Shown: positions 50,401 to 60,231, counted from the first letter of the stretch. The stretch: DNA of 64,000 nucleotides from an uncultured virus (IMG/VR IMGVR_UViG_3300043961_000090) (IMGVR_UViG_3300043961_000090); one strand, 5' to 3'. Notes: generated by a model from the sequence alone, not told the origin. Program-made: numbers and translations.

Positions 50401-50715
50401 ACCAGTGGCATCATCATCCATTCCTATATTTCTTCTGAAATCACTGGAAAAAGCATTTGCCAATGGAAGATAACGGCATAGATTCAGGTAGATTATTCCA
50501 CCAGGATCAGTAAAAGAAAAAGATTCCGTTAAGAAGGTATTACCTATATTACTATCATCACCCAATTTTGGTTTATTAAATTTTCTGGACATCTCTTGAG
50601 AAATCATAAAGACATTATGTCTCGCAATGTTCAGATATGCTCCAAAATATTCCGGAGTAGTTTTGATTGTATAGGTTTTTGATATCCTATGAAGTGTGTT
50701 TTTGTTTTTTATCAT
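47434..50715 (-). CDS. cas13b: Type VI-B CRISPR effector Cas13b
   Basis: 1093 aa; FGAYLNIARHN N-terminus; two HEPN RxxxxH motifs (RNEYTH, RNKFCH); DRFPEFALNFLD, GEMASELARDI; adjacent 36-nt repeat array. Confidence 0.93.
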   Translation of the reverse strand: MIKNKNTLHRISKTYTIKTTPEYFGAYLNIARHNVFMISQEMSRKFNKPKLGDDSNIGNTFLTESFSFTDPGGIIYLNLCRYLPLANAFSSDFRRNIGMDDDATGTDIGKLADFLKMAFKELCDFRNEYTHYFSIDTGTQRKVNIKNELVLQLRELFEVAVKLAQKRFQDVISDKCFDNVRKKIGPELFVDETNQVTTIGLVFFCCLFLDKENAFHFFNKISGFKNSETPDFQATRETFSVLCVKLPHNKLNSQNPQQAVLMDALNYLQRAPKELYNTLGKNDQEQFKPTLNAKYDDKDYESYLKDISTLKRSRDRFPEFALNFLDASENFKYDFQIHLGKVETKSYSKRVLGQMPEEKNRSIVKDVKTFGKLSTYNDDVQKKIIEEKDFIELFKGTEVKFTQYAPHYNIVENKIALAFSNQEISFNKENPQAFLSISELPKVVLLELLSPGSAYNLIKNYLNKNKYCLLNRKWIDKIKEQLPCYSLLKRISTDSKKSLNYRTKKDYDEYQAEFHQRKLHLDTILKPEGLDCRQIPSRIIDYWLNVEDTGNNYSFKERIKEAATDCKKRIKDIEKGRQLKVGEMASELARDIIKLVIDRDVKTKITSFYYDLLQECLALYANNEKKQLFWELCKRDLNLLDKDKGHPFLADLDRQRTNSTLDFYKEYLSLKKGWLHKTFYFTKWDEKKKKNETEIRMPEIGVPLTYQKWIKADDNSELDNNLKLVHDFDNWLKSVQTQNSTSTKQVPKPADLPTNLFDSALITRLKEKVTISDGEKTYNYSRLLGMWLKDLQPFYHKKRYYTIFKDRPYECVVNVDPTEDRPIKYYYESILDDVIEQCKKEKERISEKQLKVIFKKAVAEKEKKIRYYCTEDRILLMMIRHVFLEMNTKKNKSTSDSGISTFTISPNDIDPNSAKNPLKEEEDMEARLYDRTIVAHRKRKDYSFFIRFLHDERMQNLLPYFKEEKIDFDKLVAEMEDYEQYRERVFSKVFELEKSILSVISPEDKTKLFNEGTVKGPNVQHEAYLNWLKRKGYINQGDWDLLFEIRNKFCHNEFPELKKINSMPSFDLSHGHFTLQIASWYEKMVNEILRKLC

Positions 50716-50900
50716 TTTGTATTGCTTTTTTAGATCAACTAAGTTATCACCAAAGATACAAAAATCAAAACAAATTACATTATGAATTTTAGATTTTCTG
50801 ATTAGTTCCTAATAAAATATATTGCTCGGTTTTGGAGTAGACATATTGTCTTCTGAAAAACTGGCAATATATGTTTTAAGCTTCTGCAGATCATTGAACA

Positions 50901-51596
50901 GTTGTTTATACCCTACAAAATTAAGGCAGCTACAACTTCAGTACGTGTATGATTCATATAAAAGCGGTTGTTTATACCCTACAAAATTAAGGCAGCTACA
51001 ACAATGACAACACTTTTTCTCATAGTTCCACCGTTGTTTATACCCTACAAAATTAAGGCAGCTACAACGGAATGACGACATAATCAATATGCCTTTCGGT
51101 TGTTTATACCCTACAAAATTAAGGCAGCTACAACACTTTAATTCTCAGGATTCCACGACACCATGTTGTTTATACCCTACAAAATTAAGGCAGCTACAAC
51201 GATGGAACATACAACATCATCGTAGACAACGTTGTTTATACCCTACAAAATTAAGGCAGCTACAACTGATCTGCATGAGGAGAAACGAACTCCGGAGTTG
51301 TTTATACCCTACAAAATTAAGGCAGCTACAACACTCTCGTAACCATTATACTGGATCTACAGGTTGTTTATACCCTACAAAATTAAGGCAGCTACAACAA
51401 ATTCGTATCTGACCAGATGATTCATTTCGTTGTTTATACCCTACAAAATTAAGGCAGCTACAACAAAGAATATTGCAACAATGCAAGTAATCATGTTGTT
51501 TATACCCTACAAAATTAAGGCAGCTACAACGCAATCAAAAGAATTGCAAGAGTTAGGGGTGTTGTTTATACCCTACAAAATTAAGGCAGCTACAAC
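50901..51596 (-). CRISPR. CRISPR array: 11 identical 36-bp repeats, 10 spacers of 30 bp
   Basis: Repeat on - strand GTTGTAGCTGCCTTAATTTTGTAGGGTATAAACAAC, period 66 bp; GTTG...CAAC ends typical of VI-B. Confidence 0.98.
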
Positions 51597-51805
51597 TTAC
51601 ATGTCGTATCTTCCACATTATAAGGGTATTATCTTCTATTTTAGCATGATAAAATGCTATTAAATTATTTTTCTGGCACTGCTCAACTCGATAATTTCTT
51701 TTCTAATCCTGATATTACGTCCTCAATATTTTTCTACTTTTACAGTACTCTGTCGGTTTAATTCTTAAATCTTTGCCCATCCGTCTCATTGATAAGAATT
51801 ACCTG

Positions 51806-51837
51806 CAAATATAAGATAAACTAAGCTGATATCCAAA
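51806..51837 (-). promoter_or_regulatory. Promoter driving the CRISPR array leftwards
   Basis: - strand TTTG (51834-51837), 20 bp, TATATTTG (51806-51813). Confidence 0.7.
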
Positions 51838-51849
51838 TATTTAAAAGCT

Positions 51850-52206
51850 TTATTTAGTCAGTTGACCATTTCTTGTGTCAAACTCACTGTCATCTGGTAG
51901 TTCAAAGTATTCCTTATTTGTGGTATTGACAAAGCTGACACTCCTCTTGTCGCCATTCGAAAGAATATAGAAATCAGAAATATTAAAATCAGCCTTCTTT
52001 AACATCTGTATATAAAATTTCCTGCGGCGTGGATCCTTGTCAACGGATTGCAGTTGTGCCACAACACTATTGTCATCCGTGTGCATCACCCCGTGGACGT
52101 GATTTTTTATCCAATGACAGAGTGTTACTATCGGTTTGGCATCGTCCGAAAGTGATACCCTTTCTACAGTCTTTTCCCTATAGATTATAATATATAGTCT
52201 TATCAA
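51850..52206 (-). CDS. Hypothetical protein
   Basis: 118-aa ORF between array and tra region; start uncertain. Confidence 0.5.
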   Translation of the reverse strand: MIRLYIIIYREKTVERVSLSDDAKPIVTLCHWIKNHVHGVMHTDDNSVVAQLQSVDKDPRRRKFYIQMLKKADFNISDFYILSNGDKRSVSFVNTTNKEYFELPDDSEFDTRNGQLTK

Positions 52207-52487
52207 TTATCAACTGATAGATTCCACAATTATACTATCTTTTGTCCATAAATCCGAATTTATCCTAAATATAGGATACGAATGCACGGATAAATAGATT
52301 TTTACTATCTTTGCATGAGTTTTTCTACCCGAAAAACGCCAGAATGAAAAATACCTCATAAGCAGGAAATGAAGTGGCCGAGCACTCCGTCTATAGAAAC
52401 AACTCATCATTCTTAAAATGGAAACTCCACGGTGCTGGCCTTCGGGTACAGACCGTGGGCTTTAATAAGAAAAAAGAACAGACAACT

Positions 52488-52988
52488 ATGGTTTACTATT
52501 TGATAATCGGCTTTTACCTTCTATTATATGCCTGGATGATTTTTCACGACCTTTTCCACAAGGAGCCGGTGGAAATTGCCTCCAGGACAGAAGAGGAAGA
52601 AATAGATATTTCTGAGGAAGCCAAGGCTTTTAAGCCCATAGAGGTCTCTAAGGAGATGTCAGCAGCTCAGCCTTTAAAAGGAGAAAATTCTGTGACTATG
52701 GAAAGAAAGGAGAAAGAGGAAGCAATGAAAGAAACTCCCTCTTTCGAATCTCAACCAATGGAGCAGGAAATCTCGGAGCAGGAATACCTTTCATCTGACG
52801 GTGAGGTTCCGGAGCAAACGACATCTCCTGAAGAAGGGCCTGTCCCGGAGATCCTCCCCTTCCAGAGCACTGAATATTCCGGAGGTATCCTCATGAGCAT
52901 CCTTCATAAACAGATTGAAGACCTTTCGCAAAAGGATCCGGAGATGGACGATGTGACTATCCATCTGATGAAAATTGATCAGAAATAG
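52488..52988 (+). CDS. Membrane-anchored acidic protein at head of tra operon
   Basis: N-terminal TM helix, Glu-rich tail; TATCTTTG promoter at 52306-52313. Confidence 0.65.
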   Translation: MVYYLIIGFYLLLYAWMIFHDLFHKEPVEIASRTEEEEIDISEEAKAFKPIEVSKEMSAAQPLKGENSVTMERKEKEEAMKETPSFESQPMEQEISEQEYLSSDGEVPEQTTSPEEGPVPEILPFQSTEYSGGILMSILHKQIEDLSQKDPEMDDVTIHLMKIDQK

Positions 52989-53181
52989 CAGAATCAGTAT
53001 CCGAGAATTTGGACTTATTTTTAATTTGGTGGAGCATTCGGTATGCTTCCATAAAAAACAGAGGTGACAGCCTGTTTCTTGGTTTGTAAGTACCAAGTTT
53101 ATTTTCTTCCACTTATGGATGAAGATGTCCGCATTTGCGATTTAATTTGAAACGTAAAGTTTTACTCCATGAGAAAAATTT

Positions 53182-53541
53182 ATGCTTCGAGTAAACTTCA
53201 AAGTATTTCTTTGCAAAGTAAAGAACTCTTGCAAGAAAATTTCAGTAAAGCGTGTCGCCACAGTGGCTTGTATGGTACTCTTCTGTACCCTTGATATTTG
53301 TGCCCAAAGTCATGGAGCGGGAGGCTTCACAAAGGCCACTTCAGAGATTTCTTCGTATCAGACTCCTGTCAGTAATCTGATGAAGGCTATTGCCGCCGTC
53401 ATCGTACTTGTCGGAGCGTTCAATGTCTATTTTAAAATGCAAAACGGAGACCAGGATGTCAAGAAGACCATCATGCTGACCATCGGCGGTTGCGTAGCAT
53501 TCATCGCCATGTCAGAAGCCCTTCCATTGTTCTTTAAATAA
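53182..53541 (+). CDS. traE: TraE-like (VirB2-like pilin, DUF4134)
   Basis: AIAAVIVLVGAFNVYFKMQNGDQDVKK. Confidence 0.85.
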   Translation: MLRVNFKVFLCKVKNSCKKISVKRVATVACMVLFCTLDICAQSHGAGGFTKATSEISSYQTPVSNLMKAIAAVIVLVGAFNVYFKMQNGDQDVKKTIMLTIGGCVAFIAMSEALPLFFK

Positions 53542-53618
53542 GGACATGGGAATCATACATTCAGGAGGGGGACTCTTACAAAGTATGTGTCCTTTCCTGT
53601 CTTTTGAAATCACGATCA

Positions 53619-53906
53619 ATGGAGATGAATTTTAATGGTTATCCTGTTTTCAAGGGACTTCAGAAGCCTTTGGAGTTCATGGGTATCCGCGGACGTTTTC
53701 TGACTTATGCCGCCATGGTCATCGGTATCTCTTTTATCGGCTATATCCTCTTTTCTATCCTCGTTGGAAAACTTGCTGGATTCCTTGCCATGACAGGCAT
53801 TACTGCCATGGGCATCCTCGGTATTTTCATCAGACAGAAGAGCGGACTGCACAATAGAAAACGGAGCCGGGGCATCTTCGTCTACCATCACCTTTTCTCA
53901 CGATAG
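53619..53906 (+). CDS. traF: TraF-like (DUF4133)
   Basis: YPVFKGLQKPLEFMGIRGRF plus two TM helices. Confidence 0.8.
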   Translation: MEMNFNGYPVFKGLQKPLEFMGIRGRFLTYAAMVIGISFIGYILFSILVGKLAGFLAMTGITAMGILGIFIRQKSGLHNRKRSRGIFVYHHLFSR

Positions 53907-53910
53907 AACA

Positions 53911-56814
53911 ATGTTTGGAAAAAAGAAAAGCAAAATCGACGGTATCTTTGCCGAACTGGAAGACATCAAGGACGATAAGGGCAAGCTTCTCAATACGGTA
54001 TTGTTCTCCTGTAGGGGTGATGCTTCGGTACTTATCGAGATGGAGAACCCCGTCCAGCAGTATTCGACGGATCCAGCTCTCTATATAGGTTACATGGATG
54101 TGTTGGGTAATATCGTGGAGACCCTTGGAGAAGGCTTTGCCTTGCAAAAGCAGGACATTTTCTGTCGCCAGCGTTATCACCACCCTGTTACCTCGGATAT
54201 GGAATACCTGACAAAGAGCTATTTCCGCTATTTCGAGGGCCGGCCCTATACGGAGATCCGTACCTTCCTGATCCTCACGATGGAGGGACAGAAGAGCACT
54301 TTTGTTAAATATGACGAGAAGGCCTGGAAAGCGTTTCATGTCAAGGTCAGCAAGGTTATTGACATCCTCAAGGAGCATGAAATCCGGTACCATAAGCTCA
54401 GCAAGGAAGAGGTCAACGAATACCTTCATCGTTATATGGCCTGTCATTTTCGAAAGGGATCTTTTGCCATGCAGAACTTCAAGGCCTCTGATGAAAGTCT
54501 GCGGATGGGCGCTGATGCGGTCCAGTCCTTCAGTCTGGTTGATGTCGACGAGATCGACCTTCCTTCCTTTATCAAGCCCTATCTGACCGTTCCGGTCAAC
54601 GGGTATACCATCGCCACTGACCTCCTGGCATTCCTGGCAGAGATTCCCGATACCCACTGCGTCATCTATAATCAGGTTCTTCAGGTTCCCCAGCAGCGGA
54701 AGCTGCTGAGAAAACTGCAGGGCAAGGCCAAGCGTCACGGCAGCATGCCTGATCCCAGCAATAAGATTGCCAAGTCTGATATTGAGCAAGTCCTCAATGT
54801 CCTTGCCACGGAGAGCAAGATGCTCGTCAATACCAACTTCAATATCCTGGTCTGTTGTCCGCAGGAGAAGCTCACCTCAGTCAGCTCATACATTGAGACC
54901 CGTCTTTATGAGTGCGGTATCCTGCCCTCCCGGTCAGCCTATAACCAGCTGGAACTTTTCCTGGACTGTTTCCCCGGTAATGCCTATTCCTTCAATCCCG
55001 ACTATGACTTGTTCCTGACCATGAACGATGCCGCTCTCTGCCTTTTCTATAAGGAGCATCTGAAACACAGTGAGGACACCCCGCTGAAAACATGGTACAC
55101 CGACCGTCAGGGACTGCCGGTGTGCATCGACATTACCGGCAAGGAAGGGTCAGTGAGATATACGGACAACAGTAATTTTTTCTGCATCGGGCCAAGTGGC
55201 AGCGGAAAGAGTTTCCATATCAATTCCGTTGTCCGCCAGTTGCTGGAACAGGATACCGATGCCGTCATGGTCGATACGGGAGATTCATACGAGGGTATCT
55301 GTGCCTATTTCAAGGGGACTTATATCACTTACAGCAGAGAGCATCCCATCTCCATGAATCCTTTCAAGATCACAAAGGAGGAGTATGACCAGAATTTCGG
55401 AGAGAAGAAGAACTTCCTGAAAAGTCTCATTTTCCTTATTTTCAAGGGGAACGAGGCACCGACAAAGATAGAAGACAAGATTATCAACCAGACCATCGTG
55501 GAATACTACCAGGAATACTTCCATCCCTTCAGGGAATATACCGAAAAGGAAAGAGAACAGCTCCGGGAGCGGCTGCTGCTGGAAGATAAAAAGAATGGGG
55601 CATACGAACACTATGAAGAAAAAATTGAAGAGAAGTACGCAGATCCCTATCGTATTCCGGAACTTGAAAAGGGAACTGCTGGAGGAGATGCTCCTCAAAG
55701 CAGGGATCATGCGGTGGAAGAAGAATACACCTCTCAGGAGAAGAAGCACCATGCCAAGGTCGTCCGTCAGGTAAACAAACTGCACGGTCTGGCTAATGAT
55801 GATGCTGCTACCGAAGGAGAGAAGGCTGCTGCCAGCAGACAGCTCCTCCGCCTGATGCCGGAGCTTATTGAAGGCAGGTATATGATGCGGATAGAGAAAA
55901 AGATAGACCGCATGGAGGAACAACGACGGAAGATGCATGTCGGGCGGCTGAACTTCAACAGCTATTATGAATTTGCCCTGGAGCGTATCCCTCAGATCAT
56001 GAAGGACAGCAGTATCAGTTTCGACATCAATGATTTTTCTGCTATACTGGAACAGTTTTATAAAGGCGGCGAGCTGGAATCTACGCTGAACAACGATGCT
56101 GATGCCAGCCTTTTCAGTGAACGGTTCATCGTTTTTGAGATTGATAAGATCAAGGATGATCCTGTCCTGTTCCCCATCGTCGTGCTCATCATCATGGATG
56201 TCTTCCTCCAGAAGATGCGTCTGAAAAAAGGACGCAAGGCGCTCATCATCGAAGAGGCCTGGAAAGCCATCTCCTCACCTACCATGGCCGAATATATCAA
56301 GTACCTCTATAAAACCGTAAGGAAGTTCCATGGCATCGCCGGTGTCGTCACCCAGGAGTTGAATGACGTGATTGACTCCCCTATCGTGAAGGAAGCGATC
56401 ATCAATAATTCAGACATCAAGATCCTTCTCGACCAGAGCAAGTTCAGGGACAGGTATGACGAGATTTCTGCCATCCTCGGTCTCACGCCCGTACAGCGGC
56501 AGCAGATCTTCACCATCAATAATCTCCGGAACCATGAGGGGAGAAACTATTTCAAGGAAGTTTGGATTGCCCGGGGGCAGTATTCTGATGTCTATGGCGT
56601 GGAGGAACCGCCTGAATGCTACTGGGCCTATACCACGGAACGGGCGGAAAAGGAAGCCCTCAAAATTTATGAAGCCCGGTATGGCGGTATCCAGACGGCC
56701 ATCACCAGGATAGAAGAAGACCGCAGGAAGTCAAAGACAGACACCTATCTCGACTTTGCGCGGCAAGTGAATGAACACGGAAAGGTTATGAGCTTATGGA
56801 AGCAAAACGATTAG
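53911..56814 (+). CDS. traG: TraG VirB4-family conjugation ATPase
   Basis: GPSGSGKSF, LIIEEAW, LYKTVRKF. Confidence 0.93.
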   Translation: MFGKKKSKIDGIFAELEDIKDDKGKLLNTVLFSCRGDASVLIEMENPVQQYSTDPALYIGYMDVLGNIVETLGEGFALQKQDIFCRQRYHHPVTSDMEYLTKSYFRYFEGRPYTEIRTFLILTMEGQKSTFVKYDEKAWKAFHVKVSKVIDILKEHEIRYHKLSKEEVNEYLHRYMACHFRKGSFAMQNFKASDESLRMGADAVQSFSLVDVDEIDLPSFIKPYLTVPVNGYTIATDLLAFLAEIPDTHCVIYNQVLQVPQQRKLLRKLQGKAKRHGSMPDPSNKIAKSDIEQVLNVLATESKMLVNTNFNILVCCPQEKLTSVSSYIETRLYECGILPSRSAYNQLELFLDCFPGNAYSFNPDYDLFLTMNDAALCLFYKEHLKHSEDTPLKTWYTDRQGLPVCIDITGKEGSVRYTDNSNFFCIGPSGSGKSFHINSVVRQLLEQDTDAVMVDTGDSYEGICAYFKGTYITYSREHPISMNPFKITKEEYDQNFGEKKNFLKSLIFLIFKGNEAPTKIEDKIINQTIVEYYQEYFHPFREYTEKEREQLRERLLLEDKKNGAYEHYEEKIEEKYADPYRIPELEKGTAGGDAPQSRDHAVEEEYTSQEKKHHAKVVRQVNKLHGLANDDAATEGEKAAASRQLLRLMPELIEGRYMMRIEKKIDRMEEQRRKMHVGRLNFNSYYEFALERIPQIMKDSSISFDINDFSAILEQFYKGGELESTLNNDADASLFSERFIVFEIDKIKDDPVLFPIVVLIIMDVFLQKMRLKKGRKALIIEEAWKAISSPTMAEYIKYLYKTVRKFHGIAGVVTQELNDVIDSPIVKEAIINNSDIKILLDQSKFRDRYDEISAILGLTPVQRQQIFTINNLRNHEGRNYFKEVWIARGQYSDVYGVEEPPECYWAYTTERAEKEALKIYEARYGGIQTAITRIEEDRRKSKTDTYLDFARQVNEHGKVMSLWKQND

Positions 56815-57530
56815 TATTATTCCTGTTTGTCCTGTTGCTTACTCTGGGTACAAGGGCCGGATTCCGGGTTGTTACAGATCCCTGGACGACAGCTGCCGTT
56901 ACGGCCAATGCCGCAGCCCAGAAAGCCATCGAGAGCAAGCATAACCAGCGGTTGGACTCCATCTCAGCAAAACAGAAGAAACTGATGGCTTATACTGCGG
57001 CAATGGCCAGCATCCGGGAGATGTATCAGTTTACGCTGCAAAATGTGGAAGGCTTCGGACCGGAAAGCCAGTATTACAAGGAAATTTTCTCCTGTGCCGC
57101 AGACATCCTCACCGATGTGCCCACCGTGCTGAAAGCTATAGCTAATAAGCCTGTCAAGAACTATATCCTGTGCCTGAATGAGCTGGCCGATGTCACTGAG
57201 GAGACTGAAGGGCTCGTCCATGACTTCAAGGATATCGTCAACAATGGCAGGATACGGCTTCCCGACATCCCCGTCATCAAAAAGACCATTCCGGAGAAGG
57301 AAAAGAATGACGGCTACAACCTGCTGGACCGCTATGAGCGTCTGACCCTGGCCAACAAGATTTACTCCCATCTGCTGGAAATGAAGTACAAGATGGATGC
57401 TATGGTGATGATGTGCCACTACTGTGGATGGAGTACGGTCTTTTTTGACCTTGATCCGGAGACCTGGGCGAGCTGTTTCACCGGCGCGAATATGGTGAGC
57501 GGACTGATCAATGACTGGAACGGACTTTAA
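56796..57530 (+). CDS. Exported conjugation protein
   Basis: Signal peptide, VVTDP motif; in tra operon. Confidence 0.65.
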   Translation: MEAKRLVLFLFVLLLTLGTRAGFRVVTDPWTTAAVTANAAAQKAIESKHNQRLDSISAKQKKLMAYTAAMASIREMYQFTLQNVEGFGPESQYYKEIFSCAADILTDVPTVLKAIANKPVKNYILCLNELADVTEETEGLVHDFKDIVNNGRIRLPDIPVIKKTIPEKEKNDGYNLLDRYERLTLANKIYSHLLEMKYKMDAMVMMCHYCGWSTVFFDLDPETWASCFTGANMVSGLINDWNGL

Positions 57531-57533
57531 CGT

Positions 57534-58208
57534 ATGAAGGCAAGACTATTCTTTCTTTTAGTGGCAGTGACGGCCATCCTGCCCCTCCAGGCTTTTGATA
57601 CGCCGCATGATCTTCCGACTATTGAGGCGCTCATCAGCCTTCACAAGCTCATCAAGGGTAATGAAGACCAGGCCCTGGTAAGGGTGACCGCCAGTTTCGG
57701 AGAGCAGAGCATTGTCACCAAAGGAGCCACAGAGTTCAATGCTGCCCGGTCAACCCTGGACAGCAAGCTCTCCAACGGTTACAGTGCCATACTCCTTGCC
57801 AGTGCGCTGGCCGGCACGGGCACCGACCTCTACAAGCTCATTGACGAGTATGCACGGTTTACCTCTTCCATGGCCCGGACCCTGTTCCACAAGCCTATGT
57901 GTGCCTGGTACTATACGGAGGCCGGTTATGCCTGTGCCCGGGAGATGAAAAATATCCGGAAGATGGCTGTCACCCTTTCCGCCGGCAGCATCAACCTCAT
58001 GAAAGCCTCCATGGATGAGAAGCTCGACCTTGTCAATCAACTCAGGGAGTATATTGACAACATGAAGGCGATCATCGAAGAAGCATACGCCTGGTGCAGT
58101 GTCGTAATAGTCGGCGGTTTTCATTATGACTATATCTGGGACATCCTGAACTCCGATGTAACGGACGGCATTGTAAAAGGAGTGATCAGCAAATGGTATA
58201 ACCTATAA
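57534..58208 (+). CDS. Exported conjugation protein
   Basis: Signal peptide; in tra operon. Confidence 0.65.
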   Translation: MKARLFFLLVAVTAILPLQAFDTPHDLPTIEALISLHKLIKGNEDQALVRVTASFGEQSIVTKGATEFNAARSTLDSKLSNGYSAILLASALAGTGTDLYKLIDEYARFTSSMARTLFHKPMCAWYYTEAGYACAREMKNIRKMAVTLSAGSINLMKASMDEKLDLVNQLREYIDNMKAIIEEAYAWCSVVIVGGFHYDYIWDILNSDVTDGIVKGVISKWYNL

Positions 58209-58220
58209 AACAAGAAGAAT

Positions 58221-58895
58221 ATGAAACGATTTCTGATTTTAGCTCTGTTTTTACTTTCCCTGAAGGTAACCGGCAGGGCACAGTCCGTGCAGCATGACTC
58301 CCAGAAGGAGAAGCAGTGGCGGTCGATGGAGACCGGTCCGTGGGATTTTGATCCGGGATGGTATTACTATTTCCTCCACAAGGATTACAGTGGAGCTTAT
58401 ACCAAATGGAAATGGCACGGCTTCCACTCCGGACTGCGTGTGTATTTCAGGGAGAGCAAGTCTCATGTCAAGACCATTATGCCCGACCGTGCCGCCGCCG
58501 AGGAGGAACAGAGAGCCGGTGAGAAGAAGGCGGAGGAAGAACGGCAGGAAATCAAACCCCTGTACCAGGAAGAGCTTGCCCGTGCAGCTGACCGTTCCGT
58601 GGACCTGGTCTATGCTGATTTCAAGGATGACTACAACCGGATGCAGGATGATATCGATGACGGTCTTGTCTATTGCATGAAGAAAAGCAAGGGCCGTCTC
58701 AGCTATCAGGTCACCCAGCTCCAGAATCAGAATGAACTGATCTGCAACAGTATCGGATACATCCATAAGACCGGCCTCGCCTACGGACTGGAGAATGTCA
58801 GGAGGGAGAAAGCCTATATCGAATATCGGAAGCAGATGCAGGAGCTGGTCAGCCGTGTTGCCCATCTGGTCGGTATGGCACAGAGCTATTACTAA
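58221..58895 (+). CDS. Exported conjugation protein (DUF5045-like)
   Basis: KQWRSMETGPWDFDPGWYYYFLHKDYSGA. Confidence 0.7.
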   Translation: MKRFLILALFLLSLKVTGRAQSVQHDSQKEKQWRSMETGPWDFDPGWYYYFLHKDYSGAYTKWKWHGFHSGLRVYFRESKSHVKTIMPDRAAAEEEQRAGEKKAEEERQEIKPLYQEELARAADRSVDLVYADFKDDYNRMQDDIDDGLVYCMKKSKGRLSYQVTQLQNQNELICNSIGYIHKTGLAYGLENVRREKAYIEYRKQMQELVSRVAHLVGMAQSYY

Positions 58896-58905
58896 AGGAT
58901 ACACT

Positions 58906-60231
58906 ATGATGGATTTGCTACTGGATATCTGTACCCGTCATCTGTTGACCATGGGCCTTCCGGCTATTGACCAGAGTCTGGACAAACTGCTTGTGACCAT
59001 GGAGACCTTCCCAAGGTCTGCCGTTCTGGGCAGTGCCGTCGGCTATGCCCGGATCCTGGGGCTCTGCCTTGCCCTCTGTGTGGGTAGCTATGAGTGCTGG
59101 ATGATGATGCTCGGCCGCAGGGCCATGGATGTGATGAAACTCCTCCGTATCATCGGGCTCAGTATGTGCATCTCCTCGAGTACCTGGATATGCAATGAGC
59201 TTGCCGTTCCGGGAAAGGCTCTGGAGAATACCACTAAGCAGATGGCTGTCAGCAAGAACAGGGAGGTGGCGGCCCTGGAGCTGAAAGTGGCGGAAAAACA
59301 AGACGGCTATCTCAGACGGCTGAGGGCCATACAGGACAGCCTTTCTACGGCTAAGCAGGTCCAGGCCATCGGCGAGGATGCTCACTGGTGGGACAAGCTC
59401 ATCTACAATATGCAGAACCTGGGCAGTACCATCAATGACTATGCCCAGCGGGCAGCAGTCCTCACGGAGACCAAAGCCTCGGAATGGATCAATGACATCA
59501 TCCGTTTTATCGGGGAGCTGATCTTCCAGATGTCCTATTACGGTATGCTGGTGGCCCAGCGCATCTTCCTGACTATCCTGGCGACCTTTGCCCCTATCAT
59601 GTTTGCCCTGAGCATCGTGCCGCCTTTCAGCAATGCCTGGTCACAATGGATGTCCAAGTACCTCAGCCTGACACTATGGGGCTTTGTGGTCTATATCTGT
59701 CTTTACTATGTGGACTTCATCCTGATGTATAATCTTACGGAGGACATCACCGCCTATGACACCCTTCTCAAAGGACAGGTGACGAACTGGGGTTCTATCG
59801 GTGCGCTCGGCCTGCAGGGTATCGGCTCCAACTGTATGTATGCCATGGGCATGCTGGTCGGGGCATACGTCATCCGATTCGTGCCGGAGGTCGCCTCATG
59901 GCTGATTCCGGGCGGTGTAAGCTCCAGTGCAGGGACGACGGCCGGAGCGGTATCTGCCGGTATCGTCAGCGGTGCCGTTTCAGGAGGCACAAGTGCCGCT
60001 GTAGGAGTTGGAGCTGCGGTAACCACAGGTTCGGCAACTGCCGTGGGGGCTGCCCAGCAGGCTCACAGTGACGGCGGCGGCCTGATCCGGGAAGCCGGAA
60101 GGACCATCGCCTCTCAGACCTTTGTCGGACAGGCCTACAGCCATGGGGCGGACAGTGCCCGCTCCATGCATAATGTCGGTACCAGTGACTCGAACTATAA
60201 GCGGGGTGGAACTCCGGATGGCAAGAGTTGA
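58906..60231 (+). CDS. traJ: TraJ-like (VirB6-like) inner-membrane protein
   Basis: Multiple TM helices, FAPIMFALSI..WSQWMSKYLSLTLW, Gly/Ala-rich tail. Confidence 0.8.
   Translation: MMDLLLDICTRHLLTMGLPAIDQSLDKLLVTMETFPRSAVLGSAVGYARILGLCLALCVGSYECWMMMLGRRAMDVMKLLRIIGLSMCISSSTWICNELAVPGKALENTTKQMAVSKNREVAALELKVAEKQDGYLRRLRAIQDSLSTAKQVQAIGEDAHWWDKLIYNMQNLGSTINDYAQRAAVLTETKASEWINDIIRFIGELIFQMSYYGMLVAQRIFLTILATFAPIMFALSIVPPFSNAWSQWMSKYLSLTLWGFVVYICLYYVDFILMYNLTEDITAYDTLLKGQVTNWGSIGALGLQGIGSNCMYAMGMLVGAYVIRFVPEVASWLIPGGVSSSAGTTAGAVSAGIVSGAVSGGTSAAVGVGAAVTTGSATAVGAAQQAHSDGGGLIREAGRTIASQTFVGQAYSHGADSARSMHNVGTSDSNYKRGGTPDGKS

Noticed and set aside
50937..51560. Other nine spacers as self-targets
   Set aside because: No convincing match found by eye in this window; a proper alignment is needed to exclude weaker matches
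50822..51663. ORFs with repeated CLYPTKLRQLQ / FIPYKIKAATT peptides
   Set aside because: They are translations of the CRISPR repeats (period 66 bp is a multiple of 3)
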